Assembly (NCBI GenBank): GCA_002269645.1
Contig: NIVC01000199.1
Coordinates: 496,001 to 560,000 of the forward strand
DNA from: Macrostomum lignano
Taxonomy: Eukaryota
DNA: 64,000 nucleotides
Direction: 5' to 3'
Shown here: piece by piece, positions 49,790 to 62,436 of the stretch
Layout: every line of letters begins with the position of its first letter
Numbering within the stretch: the stretch's first letter is position 1
The notes under the pieces: generated by a model
Seen by the model: only the letters and a program-made list of their open reading frames with translations
What the model was told of the DNA's origin: nothing
Databases searched by the model: none
Translations under genes and position numbers: made by a program

Positions 49790-51055
49790 AGTGACAACAA
49801 AGTTGAGAGAATGGCAACCAAGTTGAGAGAAAGACAACCAAGATGAAAGAATGACAACCAAGTTGAGAGAAAGACAACCAAGTTGAGAGAATGACAACCA
49901 AGTTGAGAGAATGACAACCAAGTCGAGAGAATGACAACCAAGTCGAGAGAATTACAATCAAGTTAAGAAAATGACAATCAAGTTAGAGTGGCAACCAAGT
50001 TGAGAGAATGACAACCAAGATAAAAGAATGACAACCAAGTTGAGAGAATGACAACCAGGATGAAAGAATGACAACCAAGTTAGGAGAATGACAACCAAGT
50101 TGAGAGAATGACAAACAGGTTGAGAGAATGACAAATAAGTCAAGAGAATGGCAACCAAGTTGAGAGAATGACAACCAAGTCGAGAGAATGACAACCAAGT
50201 TGAGAGAAAGACAACCAAGTTGAGAGAAAGACAACCAAGTTGAAAGAAAGACAACCAAGATGAAAGAATGACAACCAAGTTGAGAGAAAGACAACCAAGT
50301 TAAGAGAAAGACAACCAAGATGAAAGAAAGACAACCAAGTTGAGAGAATGACAACCAAGTTGAGAGAAAGACAACCAAGTTGAGAGAAAGACAACCAAGT
50401 TGAGAGAAAGACAACCAAGTTGAGAGAAAGACAACCAAGTTGAAAGAAAGACAACCAAGATGAAAGAATGACAACCAAGTTGAGAGAAAGACAACCAAGT
50501 TGAGAGAAAGACAACCAAGATGAAAGAAAGACAACCAAGTTGAGAGAATGACAACCAAGTTGAGAGAAAGACAACCAAGTTGAGAGAAAGACAACCAAGT
50601 TGAGAGAAAGACAACAAAGTTGAGAAAATGACAACCAAAATGAAAGAATGACAACCAAGTTGAGAGAATGACAACCAAGTTGAGAGAAAGACAACCAAGA
50701 TGAAAGAATGACAACCAAGATGAAAGAATGACAACCAAAATGAAAGAATGACAACCAAGTTGAGAGAATGACAACCAAGTTGAGAGAAAGACAACCAAGA
50801 TGAAAGAATGACAACCAAGATGAAAGAATGACAACCAAGTAAGAAAATGACAATCCAGTTAGAGAGTGACAACCAAGTTGAGAGAATGACAACCAAGTTG
50901 AGAAAATGACAACCAAGTTGAGAGAATGACAACCAAGGTGAGAGAATGACAACCAAGTTGAGAGAAAGACAACCAAGTTGAGAGAAAGACAACAAAGTTG
51001 AGAAAATGACAACCAAAATGAAAGAATGACAACCAAGTTGAGAGAATGACAAGCC
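49790..51055. repeat. Minisatellite, 20 bp unit (GACAACCAAGTTGAGAGAAT)
   Basis: Tandem copies visible; yields long hydrophobic spurious minus-strand ORFs. Confidence 0.95.
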
Positions 51056-51804
51056 GAGAAACATGTTATTCCAGTCACGACAAGACTATTACGAATTTTC
51101 AATAGAAAATGTCTAGATTTTAGCGCGGACCCCGACTAAAATCATCACATCAGGTGATTTTTCAGTTTCTATTGTAAATAAATAGATCGAATTCTTGCTT
51201 CAAAAGATGTGAAATCACACTGGAACCATCTGTATGTAGACTGCGTGTGTACTTTATTAAGGTAATGTAGTGAGAAACTGCGAGAGACTCAGGGGGTTGA
51301 AATGCTGGATCCTGGCTAACTAAAGCAGAGAAAAGCAGAGAAATGCAGCTTAATCAGATATGCAAATGGTAACCCTGGGCTGGCTGATCCGGTGTTGGTG
51401 TTGGTTGGACGCTGTTTCACTTTCTCTTCCTCTATCAGCCGGCTCCAAAACTCCACTTTCGCACACAAATGGCTGGCTGGCTCCATCTGCCAAGCTATAA
51501 AGCGCATTGTGCATTAATTAATCATATTTTAGATTAATGATATCCTCTAGTTATGAGGATGGGGAGTTTCCACTGTAATGCGTAATGAAAACTTTTTTAT
51601 GTTTGCACAGCCCTAGGCTGATTTATCGGAGTCTTTGGCGTTTTATGATTATAGTTTGCTCACAGCTGCCCCCGCTGAGAACTGCTCACCTGCTCACTAA
51701 TAATACTGCTGCAGTCGCCAATAAAACTGCGTAGAGAATCTCCAACAAAAAACTCTGGGAAAGTTGACCTGCACTCATCAGAAAATCGTCTCAAATTACT
51801 CATG

Positions 51805-52275
51805 AGAATCGCCCCTACATCAACCATGAGAATCGCCCCTACACCAACCATGAGAATCGCCCCTACACCAACCATGAGAATCGCACCTACACCATGAGCA
51901 TCGCCCCCACACCAACCACGAGAATCTTCCCTATACCATGAGAATCGCCCCTACACCAACCATGAGAATCTCCCCTATACCATGAGAATCGCCCCCACAC
52001 CAACCATGAGAATCTCCCCTATACCATGAGAATCGCCGCTACACCACCCTGAGAATCGCCGCTACACCACCCTGAGAATCGCCCCTACACCACCCTGAGA
52101 ATCGCCGCTACACCACCCTGAGAATCGCCCCTACATAACCATGAGAATCGCCGCTACACCACCATGAGAATCGCCGCTACACCACCCTGAGAATCGCCGC
52201 TACACCACCATGAGAATCGCCGCTACACCACCCTGAGAATCGCCCCTACACCACCCTGAGAATCGCCCCTACACC
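51805..52275. repeat. Minisatellite, ~21-24 bp unit (CATGAGAATCGCCCCTACACCAAC)
   Basis: Tandem copies visible. Confidence 0.9.
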
Positions 52276-52914
52276 ACTGCCTACTCCACAAGTAGTTTCA
52301 ATGCTCTCATACATTTTCAGCACTTGAGCAGCCAGACGGTCAGACACATGATTAGCTGTAGCCTGTACACATCTTATGGCCCCCGCAAGCGCTGACATGG
52401 CTCTCTGAGGCATAATAGCGACAATTTGATTCCACTTGACTGCAGCTCGCTACTTGCGTGCGGCCAGGCCAATCAGCTGACATTGGAGAGGCGCAGGCTG
52501 CTACTTTGCAATAGCTGATTCCAAATCCACGCTGCCAAGAATTTAATTTTTGCCTCCTTGGCTGCTGTCTCCTAGCTGGTTTTCTTGCTTAAGAGCTATT
52601 GCTAAGGAGGCTGGAGCTACCATTGGAGCAGGCGGTATGCGTATGCATGTAGGAGTTATATATAGATCTGGGTTTTTTGAGTGGCAATTCTCATCCTGTG
52701 GTCTTCAAACTGGAGCACTCTTCAAAAATTTTATCCTGACAAATTAGTTAAATTATTTGTATTCTCGGCACGAATGTCGCACGAGGAGAAGCATTTCTGG
52801 TGTCTGTTGCCCAAAGTTGCTCACTGCCAGACTGGCGAGTAAGTTTTGAGTAGGTTTTACCCTGGGAATGGGGAGATATTTTGAGTATAGGTATCCATCG
52901 AATAGACTGTACAC

Positions 52915-53480
52915 CTGTTTGTAGATATCCTAGACAGAGACTGTAGATATCCCAGGCATAGGCTGTAAATAGCCTAGTCAAAGACTGTAGATATCCTAGG
53001 CATAGGCTGTGGATATCCCACGCAGAGACTGTAGATATCTCACACAGAGACTGTAGATATCCTAGACAGAGACTGTACATATCCTAGACAGAGACTGTAC
53101 ATATCCTAGACAGAGACTGTACATATCCTAGACAGAGACTGTACATATCCCACGCAGAAACTGTAGATATCCTAGACAGACTGTAGATATCTCACACAGA
53201 GACTGTAGATATCCTAGGCATAGGCTGTGGATATCCCACGCAGAGACTGTAGATATCTCACACAGAGACTGTACATATCCTAGACAGAGACTGTACATAT
53301 CCTAGACAGAGACTGTACATATCCTAGACAGAGACTGTACATATCCCACGCAGAAACTGTAGATATCCTAGACAGACTGTAGATATCCTAGACAGACTGT
53401 AGATATCCCAGGCATAGGCTGTAGATATCCCAGGCATAGGCTGTAGATCTCCCAGGCATAGGCTGTAGATATCCCAGGCC
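52915..53480. repeat. Minisatellite, 20-22 bp unit (CTGTAGATATCCTAGACAGAGA)
   Basis: Tandem copies visible. Confidence 0.9.
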
Positions 53481-53653
53481 TGAATCAGTTTATTCGAGCC
53501 GTATTTCGAAAAGTTTATTGCATGGATTCTACAAATTTCTTTCCGCTCATTTATTTGAAATAAGAACTTTTTCCCGATATTTTCTTATCCGTTCTACTTT
53601 CAGTAGCACACTTCAAACCAATTGACCATTAGTTTTTGCATTGCATTTCTAGC

Positions 53654-53988
53654 ATGTCTCTGACAGTCTCCGAACTGCAGCGTTTAAACGCGCAGCGTCA
53701 AGCTGAAATCAACGAACTCGGCCGACAAGTTGACGAATTAAAACTGGCCGTCAGATCTCGGGATCGTCAGATAGCGGAGCTGCTGTCACAGCTGGACAAG
53801 TACCAGTCCGTGTTCCACTCGCGACATCGGCAGCCAGGCGGTGCAGCGTTCAGCGGTGGCGGTGGCAGCATCAGCGGCGGAGGTCGGAAGCGACGCACCA
53901 GAGGCATGGGCATCTCGGCTGAGCCGCAAAGCGAGGCAGCTCTGGCAACGATGTCGTCCGCGGTGAAGAGCTTTTCCAAGACCAAGGG
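53654..53988 (+). CDS. PRKG1: cGMP-dependent protein kinase, alternative first exon A (PKG-I alpha-like leucine zipper plus pseudosubstrate)
   Basis: MSLTVSELQRL...LDKYQSVF...RRTRGMGISAEPQ...KSFSKTK resembles PKG-I alpha LHKCQSVL...RTTRAQGISAEPQ...RKFTKS. Donor GG|GTGAGC, phase 2. Confidence 0.8.
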
Positions 53989-54004
53989 GTGAGCGAAGCT
54001 GTGG

Positions 54005-54865
54005 GAGCGACTAGCCGAGTGCCTTTCTTTGGGAGAGTGACTAGCCGAGTGACTTTCTGCGGGAGTGACTAGCCGAGTGCCTTTCTGTGGGAGTGACTAG
54101 CCGAGTGACTTTCTGTGTGTGTGAATAGCCGAGTGACTTTCTGCGAGAGAGTGACTAGCCGAGTGACTTTCTGCGGGAGAGTGACTAGCCGAGTGCCTTT
54201 CAGTGGGAGTGACTAGCCGAGTGACTTTCTGCTGGAGAGTGACTGGCCGAGTGACTTTCTGTAGGAGTGACTAGACGAGTGACTTTCTGTGGGAGTGACT
54301 AGCCGAGTGACTTTCTGCGGGAGAGTGACTAGCCGAGTGTCTTTCCGTGGGAGAGTGACTAGCCGAGTGACTTTATGTGTGAGTGACTAGCCGAGTGACT
54401 TTCTGTGTGAGTGACTAGCAGAGTGACTTTCTGCGGGAGAGTGACTGGCCGAGTGACTTTCTGTAGGAGTGACTAGCCGAGTGTCTTTCCGTGGGAGAGT
54501 GACTAGCCGAGTGACTTTCTGTGTGAGTGACTAGCCGAGTGACTTTCTGTGGGAGTGACTAGCCGAGTGAATTTCTGCGGGAGAGTGACTAGCCGAGTGC
54601 CTTTATGTGGGAGTGACTAGCCGAGTGACTTTCTGTAGGAGTGACTAGCCGAGTGCCTTTATGCGGGAGAGTGACTAGACGAGTGACTTTCTGTAGGAGT
54701 CACTAGCCGAGTGACTTTCTGTAGGAGTGACTAGCCGAGTGACTTTCTGCGGGAGAGTGACTAGACGAGTGACTTTCTGTAGGAGTGACTAGCCGAGTGA
54801 CTTTCTGCGGGAGAGTGACTAGCCGAGTGACTTTCTGTGTGAGTGACTAGCCTAGTGGCTTTCTG
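54005..54865. repeat. Minisatellite, 28-30 bp unit (GAGTGACTAGCCGAGTGACTTTCTGTGG)
   Basis: Tandem copies start about 15 bp after the exon 1A donor. Confidence 0.95.
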
Positions 54866-55374
54866 TGGAAGTGAAAAATTATGATTGATATTAAATAAGT
54901 AATTATGTTGAGAATCAGGGATGATAGCATCAACAATTTAGTGGCAGGAAGATATAAGTAATCATATATTACAGAAATATTGTAGTAACCGAATGAGCGG
55001 CAGCTGTGCTTACGTCCAGCTCTCTATTCTAAGCCAAGAATATCCCAGCATGGCTTATTATATATCTAAATAAGCCTTATTTTTAGCTGTAAGAACCCAG
55101 CTGGTATCGGCTCGACCCTAACAATTTTTTCGTTTTCGTTTCATCTCGGTTCCGCAAAAAAACTGCATTTAATTTCGCCGCCTCTCCCAATCCGCCACTC
55201 TGAGGCAAGCTGGCAGCTCCTACACTGATAATTATTCTGGCGAGGCGACAAATTCGAAGCTCGCAGTGCAGCTTGTTCAATTTATCCCATTTGGGGAATT
55301 TGCGACTTTTTTTTCTCCGGTTATAACTCTCCTGGCCTGCTGAAAATGCAGATCTGTGTGTGTTTCTGTCTGTG

Positions 55375-55650
55375 TGTGGGAGGAGGGTAGAGGGTAGGGA
55401 GGAGGGTAGAGAGGGTAGGGAGGAGGGTAGAGAGGGTAGGGAGGAGGGTAGAGAGGGTAAGGAGGAGGGTAGAGAGGGTAAGGAGGATTGGGAGGGTAGG
55501 GGAGGGTAGAGAGGGTAGAGATGAGGGTAGGGAGGAGGGTAAAGAGGGTAGGGAGGAGGGTAAAGAGGGTAGGGAGGAGGGTAGGGAAGGGTAGGGAAGA
55601 GGGTATAGAGGGTAGGGATGAGAGTAGAGGGGTGGGGCGGAGAGTAGAGA
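55375..55650. repeat. Purine-rich ~21 bp repeat (GGGAGGAGGGTAGAGAGGGTA)
   Basis: Visible directly. Confidence 0.85.
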
Positions 55651-56214
55651 GGGAGAGAGGTAAAGTAAAGGGCAGAGAGATAGCTTAAAGCAGATAAAGA
55701 GCCAATCTTTTCCCCAGTTAGAAATTAGAATCTTGTCTCTCCACTGATGCCCAGGGCTGTTACATCGTGCTGGAATACTCGCTTTAATATTAGTGATGTG
55801 TATTACGCGAGATGCAAGGCAAGAGCTGATGAAGAGATATATGCGCCTCTCTCCACTCCGCCCTTCTTTAATTACGGCCCCAGACTCATGCTGGCATATT
55901 ATTAGCCCGTTTAAGCCCGGTGCGCACGTTGATTGCAGAAACCGGTGAAGAGCTTCGTTTAATGAGAGTGGGAGAGATGGGGGAGAGAGACTGAGGCAAC
56001 TGGCGTAGCGAAAATGATGAAGAGTTTTTCTATCGAATCTCAGATTATTCATATCTGACTTATAGTTTCAGAGTGATTATTTTTTAAGGAAAAATGCCTT
56101 TAAAATGATGGCTCCTTAGACGCTTCCTTTATTAGTGTCTCTCGCCAGAATTGCATGTACTTTTTAACTGCAATGTGTTATAATTGGTTTAAATCTAGGG
56201 AAATATCACCGAAT

Positions 56215-57480
56215 CCCAAATGCCCGCACTCAGGATTCTAAATCCATAATACCCTTGCTCAGAACCTCAAAATCCTCATGCTAAGAATCCCAAATCCTCA
56301 TGCTAAGAATCCCAAATCCTCATGCTAAGAATCCCAAATCCTCATGCTAAGAATCCCAAATCCTCATGCTAAGAATCCCAAATCCCCACGCTAAGAATTC
56401 CAAATCCTCATGCTAAGAATCCAAATCCCCACGCTAAGATTCCTAAATCCTCATGCTCAGAATCCCAAATCCCCATGCTCAGAATCCCAAATCCCCATGC
56501 TCAGAATCCCAAATCTTCATGCTCAGAATCCCAAATGCCCATGCTCAGAATCCCAAATCTTCATGCTCAGAATCCCAAATCCCCACGCTAAGAATCCAGA
56601 ATCCTCATGCTAGGAATCCAAATCCCCACGCTAAGATTCCTAAATCCTCATTCTCAGAATCCAAAATCCTCATGCTAAGAATCCCAAATCCTCATGCTAA
56701 GAATCCCAAATCCCCACGCTAAGAATTCCAAATCCTCATGCTAAGAATCCAAATCCCCACGCTAAGATTCCTAAATCCTCATGCTCAGAATCCCAAATCC
56801 CCATGCTCAGAATCCCAAATCCCCATGCTCAGAATCCCAAATCCCCATGCTCAGAATCCCAAATCCCCATGCTCAGAATCCCAAATCCCCATGCTCAGAA
56901 TCCCAAATCCCCATGCTCAGAATCCCAAATCTTCATGCTCAGAATCCCGAATCCCCATGCTTAGAATCCCGAATCCTCATGCTCAGAATCCCAAATCCCC
57001 ATGCTCAGAATCCCGAATCCTCATGCTCAGAATCCCAAATCCCCATGCTCAGAATCCTAAATCCTCATGCTCAGAATCCCAAATCCCCATGCTCGGAATA
57101 CCAAATCCCCATGCTCAGAATCCCAAATCTTCATGCTCAGAATCCCGAATCCCCATGCTTAGAATCCCGAATCCTCATGCTCAGAATCCCAAATCCCCAT
57201 GCTCAGAATCCCAAATCCTCATGCTCAGAATCCCAAATCCCCATGCTCAGAATCCTAAATCCTCATGCTCAGAATCCCAAATCCCCATGCTCGGAATCCC
57301 AAATCCCCATGCTCAGAATCCTAAATCCCCATGCTCAGAATCCCAAATCCCCATGCTCAGGATCCTAAATCCTCATGCTCAGAATCCCAAATCCCTATGC
57401 TCGGAATCCCAAATCCCCATGCTCGGAATCCCAAATCCCCATGCTCAGAATTCTAAATCCCCATGCTCAGAATCCCAAAT
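56215..57480. repeat. Minisatellite, 22 bp unit (CATGCTCAGAATCCCAAATCCC)
   Basis: Tandem copies visible. Confidence 0.95.
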
Positions 57481-58164
57481 CATCACGGTAAGAATATTAA
57501 ATCCGCCACACTTATAATCTAAAATTTCTATGCAATCAATTCGAAATCCTCGTTCTCAAAATTAGGATCAATCTAATATACAAATACGAGTATTCTCCAT
57601 AGGTCAAATACTTTAGCCAGAAAAATAGTAAGTCTTTTTGCATCCATTTTTTCAGCGTTGACCACTGTCAATTTCTGCATTGAAGAAGAAAAACTTCAGA
57701 AAGGTTATTTTACTGTCCAAATTTTTATAAGCTAGGCGAGCTTTGAGCTGAGTGAAGGTTTTAGCAGGCAGCAGCGGGTACTTTGGAACTTTTTGTGTCG
57801 AAAAAAAAGTCTTTTTCCACAGCGAGAGTATATAATAGCTTAGTGATGGCGAGAGCAGTGAACAGGGGGTGCTCTGGAATATTAAACTACAAAGGCTTGC
57901 TCGAGCTTTTGCTACTAAGGGCAGAGCCAGTTAGCTCAATGTGCGTTCTCATAGGCTGGGATAAGACTCCTGTCCTGTCCCAGCTATCCATGCTGTCCGT
58001 TCCCGCGATAAAATGATGGCTAAATAATAGTAAAGTTAGTCAGACTGCCGCTCTCGTTTTGCACGTAGCTAGCTACCTAGTGTCCAAAATTATTGAAAGA
58101 TCTACTCCAGAAAGGAAGATTCAAGTTCATCAAAGTGATTTTTAAAAACAAAAAGACTCTTTTG

Positions 58165-58520
58165 AGTTTTTCTAAGAAACAAAGAATTCGTCGGAGCGTT
58201 TCAAAGAAACTGGAATTTAATCGGACAAATTCTAAGAAAGTGATCTTTCCTCGTATTGTTTCTAAGAATCTAAAAATTAATCGAAGAGTTTCTAAGAAAC
58301 AAAAAATTCGTCAAAGCGTTTCAAAGAAAGTGGAAATTAATCGGACAAATTCTAAGAAACTGATTTTTCCTCGCATTGTTTCTAAGAATCTACAAATTAA
58401 TCGAAGAGTTTATAAGAAACAAAGAATTCGCCGGAGCGTTTCAAAGAAACTGTAATTTAATCGGACAAATTCTAAGAAACTGATTTTTCCTCGCATTGTT
58501 TCTAAGAATCTACCAATTAA
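58165..58520. repeat. Three copies of a 120 bp unit built from four 30 bp subunits, each beginning TTC(T/A)AAGAA
   Basis: Motif starts at exact 30 bp intervals from 58170 to 58500. Confidence 0.9.
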
Positions 58521-58839
58521 TCGAAGAATTTCTATCGAAATTCGTCCAGGTTCGTCTGAGTGTTTCTGTGAAGCAGAAAATTATTCTGAGACTTTCCAAC
58601 AGCATCAACGTTTCACGAAAGGGTTTCTAAGAAAACGCTTTCGAGTGCAACTTTTCGTCGGATTGTTTCTAAGAAACATAAAATCTGCCGGAGTGTTCAA
58701 AACGAAAGCCTAATCAGCAAATTAGTCAAGGCTCGTTCTCCAGTCTGCGATTTCTACAAAAAAGACAAACGTCTCAGTTTAAAATAAGCTCAAAGAAGGC
58801 TTCGGATATTGACTTTCCGAAGCAGACTCTTGAAAAAAT

Positions 58840-59192
58840 ATGATGCTGGGCACGCTGCGCGAACTTCAACTGGCTCTGCAGCAGCGGATGCAGGAGCTTC
58901 GGCAGCGGGACAGAATGATTGACGAACTCGAATTGGAGCTCGACGCGAAGGACTCGCTGATCGAGCGAATGCAGGAAGAAATCGATCGCCTGCAGAATCT
59001 GCTGTACAGTCGGCAGTACAGCCAGCAAAATCATCCTCACCATTATCAGCAGCAGATGTCGCTGCCTCATCAGTCGTCTCAGCTGGCGGGCAAACTTTCC
59101 ACTCAGTTTCGCGCTAAGCGGACCGCCATCAGCGGCGAGTCCAGCTCGGAGATCGCCGTCTACGAGGCCAAGGCGTTTGACAAGGCCGCTCG
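58840..59192 (+). CDS. PRKG1: cGMP-dependent protein kinase, alternative first exon B (PKG-I beta-like)
   Basis: [41 protein letters not shown]...RAKRTAISGE closely resembles PKG-I beta [39 protein letters not shown]...RTKRQAISAE. Donor CG|GTAGCT, phase 2. Confidence 0.85.
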
Positions 59193-59404
59193 GTAGCTGC
59201 GGGCTCCTCCGAGATTTTGGGGATCGGAGGGAGTTGGGGATGGTGACCTGGGATTTTTCGCGCGATTTTCGCCAACCCCCAAGGCACAGAGAGTGTGCAT
59301 TCCTGACCATGAGAAAGCCAGGGACGCTGTACACCCTGTGTGATCGTTTGCCCGCGTAGTATGTTCCCGTGCTGAAAGCTTAACGGAACAAGCTTCTCCC
59401 AGGC

Positions 59405-59700
59405 ATGTTAGGGATTCCATAGAAGGATTTGGGATTCCAAAGAATGTTAAGGGATTCCGTAGATGGATTTAAGATTTCCCAAGCGTGTTAGGATTCTGTA
59501 GGAGATTTGGGATTTCCCAAACACTTTAGGTATTCCTTAGGAGGATTTGGGATTTCCCAAACATGTTAGGATTCTGTAGAAGGATTTGGGATTCCAAAGA
59601 ATGTTAAGGGATTCCGTAGAAAGATTGAGATTTCCTGAACGTGTTAAGGATTCCGTTGGAAGATTTGGGATAATCCCAAACATTTTTACGGATTCCTTGG
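59405..59700. repeat. Degenerate GGGATTCC-containing tandem repeat
   Basis: Recurrent GGATTTGGGATT(T)CCCAA / TTAGGATTC units. Confidence 0.6.
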
Positions 59701-59905
59701 TTTGATTTGGATTTGCCATACGATATTGAATATTTAAAATTTACGAGCGTAGGATCTCCAGGGAGTGTTTTTGGTTCCCTTTGAATTTTAAATTCTCCCT
59801 AAATGACTTCCAATCGAGGACTAGATTTCCCATCAGTGGAATTATTTATTCGAAGTTGTCCATGTGGTGAAGTTTTCTAACTGCCTGTGACACATTTCCT
59901 CACAG

Positions 59906-60072
59906 AACGCGCGACATCATACGCCAAGCCATTCTCGACAATGCGTTCATGAAGAACTTGGACAATGGCCAAATCAGCGAAATCATTGACTACATGTACC
60001 CTGTCAGTCACAAGTCCGGGGCCATCATCATTAAGCTGGGAGAGGTTGGCTCTCTTGTCTACGCTATTGAAG
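59906..60072 (+). CDS. PRKG1: PKG common exon 2 (start of cyclic-nucleotide-binding domain A)
   Basis: TRDIIRQAILDNAFMKNLDNGQISEIIDYMYPV...IIKLGEVGSLVYAIE; acceptor CACAG|A, donor G|GTCAGT. Confidence 0.92.
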
Positions 60073-60084
60073 GTCAGTGCGAGT

Positions 60085-61605
60085 GAGGTGTACGGTTTTA
60101 CGACTTCTGGTCATAGAGCTCTGTGCATTCTCGTCATGTAGGTTTTACGACTTCTGGTCATAGAGCTCTGTGCATTCTCGTCATGTAGGTTTTACTTCTG
60201 GTCATAGAGCTCTGTGCATTCTCGTCATGTAGGTTTTACGACTTCTGGTCATAGAGGTCTGTGCATTCTCGTCATGTAGGTTTTACGACTTCTGGTCATA
60301 GAGCTCTGTGCATTCTCGTCATGTAGGTTTTATGACTTCTGGTCATAGAGCTCTGTGCATTCTCGTCATGTAGGTTTTGAGACTTCTGGTCATAGAGCTC
60401 TGTGCATTCTCGTCATGTAGGTTTTACGACTTCTGGTCATAGAGCTCTGTGCATTCTCATCATGTAGGTTTTATGACTTCTGGTCATAGAGCTCTGTGCA
60501 TTCTCGTCATGTAGGTTTTGACTTCTGGTCATAGAGCTCTGTGCATTCTCGTCATGTAGGTTTTACGACTTCTGGTCATAGAGCTCTGTGCATTCTCGTC
60601 ATGTAGGTTTTATGACTTCTGGTCATAGAGCTCTGTGCATTCTCGTCATGTAGGTTTTGACTTCTGGTCATAGAGCTCTGTGCATTCTCGTCATGTAGGT
60701 TTTACGACTTCTGGTCATAGAGCTCTGTGCATTCTCGTCATGTAGGTTTTAGACTTCTGGTCATAGAGCTCTGTGCATTCTCGTCATGTAGGTTTTGAGA
60801 CTTCTGGTCATAGAGCTCTGTGCATTCTCGTCATGTAGGTTTTAGACTTCTGGTCATAGAGCTCTGTGCATTCTCGTCATGTAGGTTTTACGACTTCTGG
60901 TCATAGAGCTCTGTGCATTCTCGTCATGTAGGTTTTGAGACTTCTGGTCATAGAGCTCTGTGCATTCTCGTCATGTTTTTGAGACTTCTGGTCATAGAGC
61001 TCTGTGCATTCTCGTCATGTTCATGTAGGTTTTATGACTTCTGGTCATAGAGCTCTGTGCATTCTCGTCATGTAGGTTTTGAGACTTCTGGTCATAGAGC
61101 TCTGTGCATTCTCGTCATGTTCATGTAGGTTTTGAGACTTCTGGTCATAGAGCTCTGTGCATTCTCGTCATGTTCATGTAGGTTTTATGACTTCTGGTCA
61201 TAGAGCTCTGTGCATTCTCGTCATGTAGGTTTTATGACTTCTGGTCATAGAGCTCTGTGCATTCTCGTCATGTAGTTTTGAGACTTCTGGTCATAGAGCT
61301 CTGTGCATTCTCGTCATGTTCATGTAGGTTTTGAGACTTCTGGTCATAGAGCTCTGTGCATGTCATGTAGGTTTTATGACTTCTGGTCATAGAGCTCTGT
61401 GCATTCTCGTCATGTAGGTTTTGACTTCTGGTCATAGAGCTCTGTGCATTCTCGTCATGTCATAGTTTTGAGACTTCTGGTCATAGAGCTCTGTGCATTC
61501 TCGTCATGTAGGTTTTGAGACTTCTGGTCATAGAGCTCTGTGCATTCTCGTCATGTTCATGAAGGTTTTGAGACTTCTGGTCATAGAGCTCTGCGCATTA
61601 TCGTC
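60085..61605. repeat. Minisatellite, ~47 bp unit (GGTTTTACGACTTCTGGTCATAGAGCTCTGTGCATTCTCGTCATGTA), PKG intron
   Basis: Tandem copies visible. Confidence 0.95.
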
Positions 61606-61736
61606 ATGAAGAATCTTGTAACTAAGATTTTAATTCATACTTTTATATAGTTACGAGCTTCTTGCTTTCTGAGAGTGTAAGTAATCAAAACTTTTCTTAT
61701 TGCAGTTCCTGAACTTCCCCCCTCCCGGTATTGCAG

Positions 61737-61853
61737 ACGGGTCAGCTGAGGTCACGAACACCAAGGGCGAGAAAATCAACGAAATTGGACCCTGCACCGT
61801 GTTTGGGGAGCTGGCCATCCTGTACAACTGCAAGCGGACCGCCACCGTGCGGG
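61737..61853 (+). CDS. PRKG1: PKG exon 3 (phosphate-binding cassette of CNB-A)
   Basis: DGSAEVT...[22 protein letters not shown]; acceptor TTGCAG|AC, donor G|GTGAGC. Confidence 0.92.
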
Positions 61854-61861
61854 GTGAGCAG

Positions 61862-62270
<409 letters not shown>

Positions 62271-62436
62271 TGTTCGCTTATCTTAGAAGTTTTGACGTAT
62301 TGTAAGAGAGCATTATTTATTTCGCATTTGCGCAATCTAGTTTTTTGTCTTTTTTATACTCACTACTGTAAGTAGCGAGTTAGTTTGTAGCGTCAATTTT
62401 TTGCAGTTGATGTTTATTAAATTCTTTAATCCGCAG

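Noticed and set aside
49764-51102. Long hydrophobic minus-strand ORFs as membrane proteins
   Set aside because: They are frame-cycling translations of a 20 bp minisatellite.
55321-57517. ORFs of 243, 259 and 195 aa as PKG exons or separate genes
   Set aside because: They derive from the purine tract and the 22 bp repeat and carry no kinase or CNB motifs.
58093-58455. Lys/Arg-rich 120 aa ORF
   Set aside because: It is the translation of the 120 bp tandem repeat.
40985-61605. Tandem arrays as CRISPR-like repeat-spacer arrays
   Set aside because: Units abut without unique spacers, the context is eukaryotic, and no cas genes are present.
61695-61736. Upstream acceptor TTGCAG at 61705 for PKG exon 3
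   Set aside because: It lies 31 nt upstream of the in-frame acceptor and would shift the frame.
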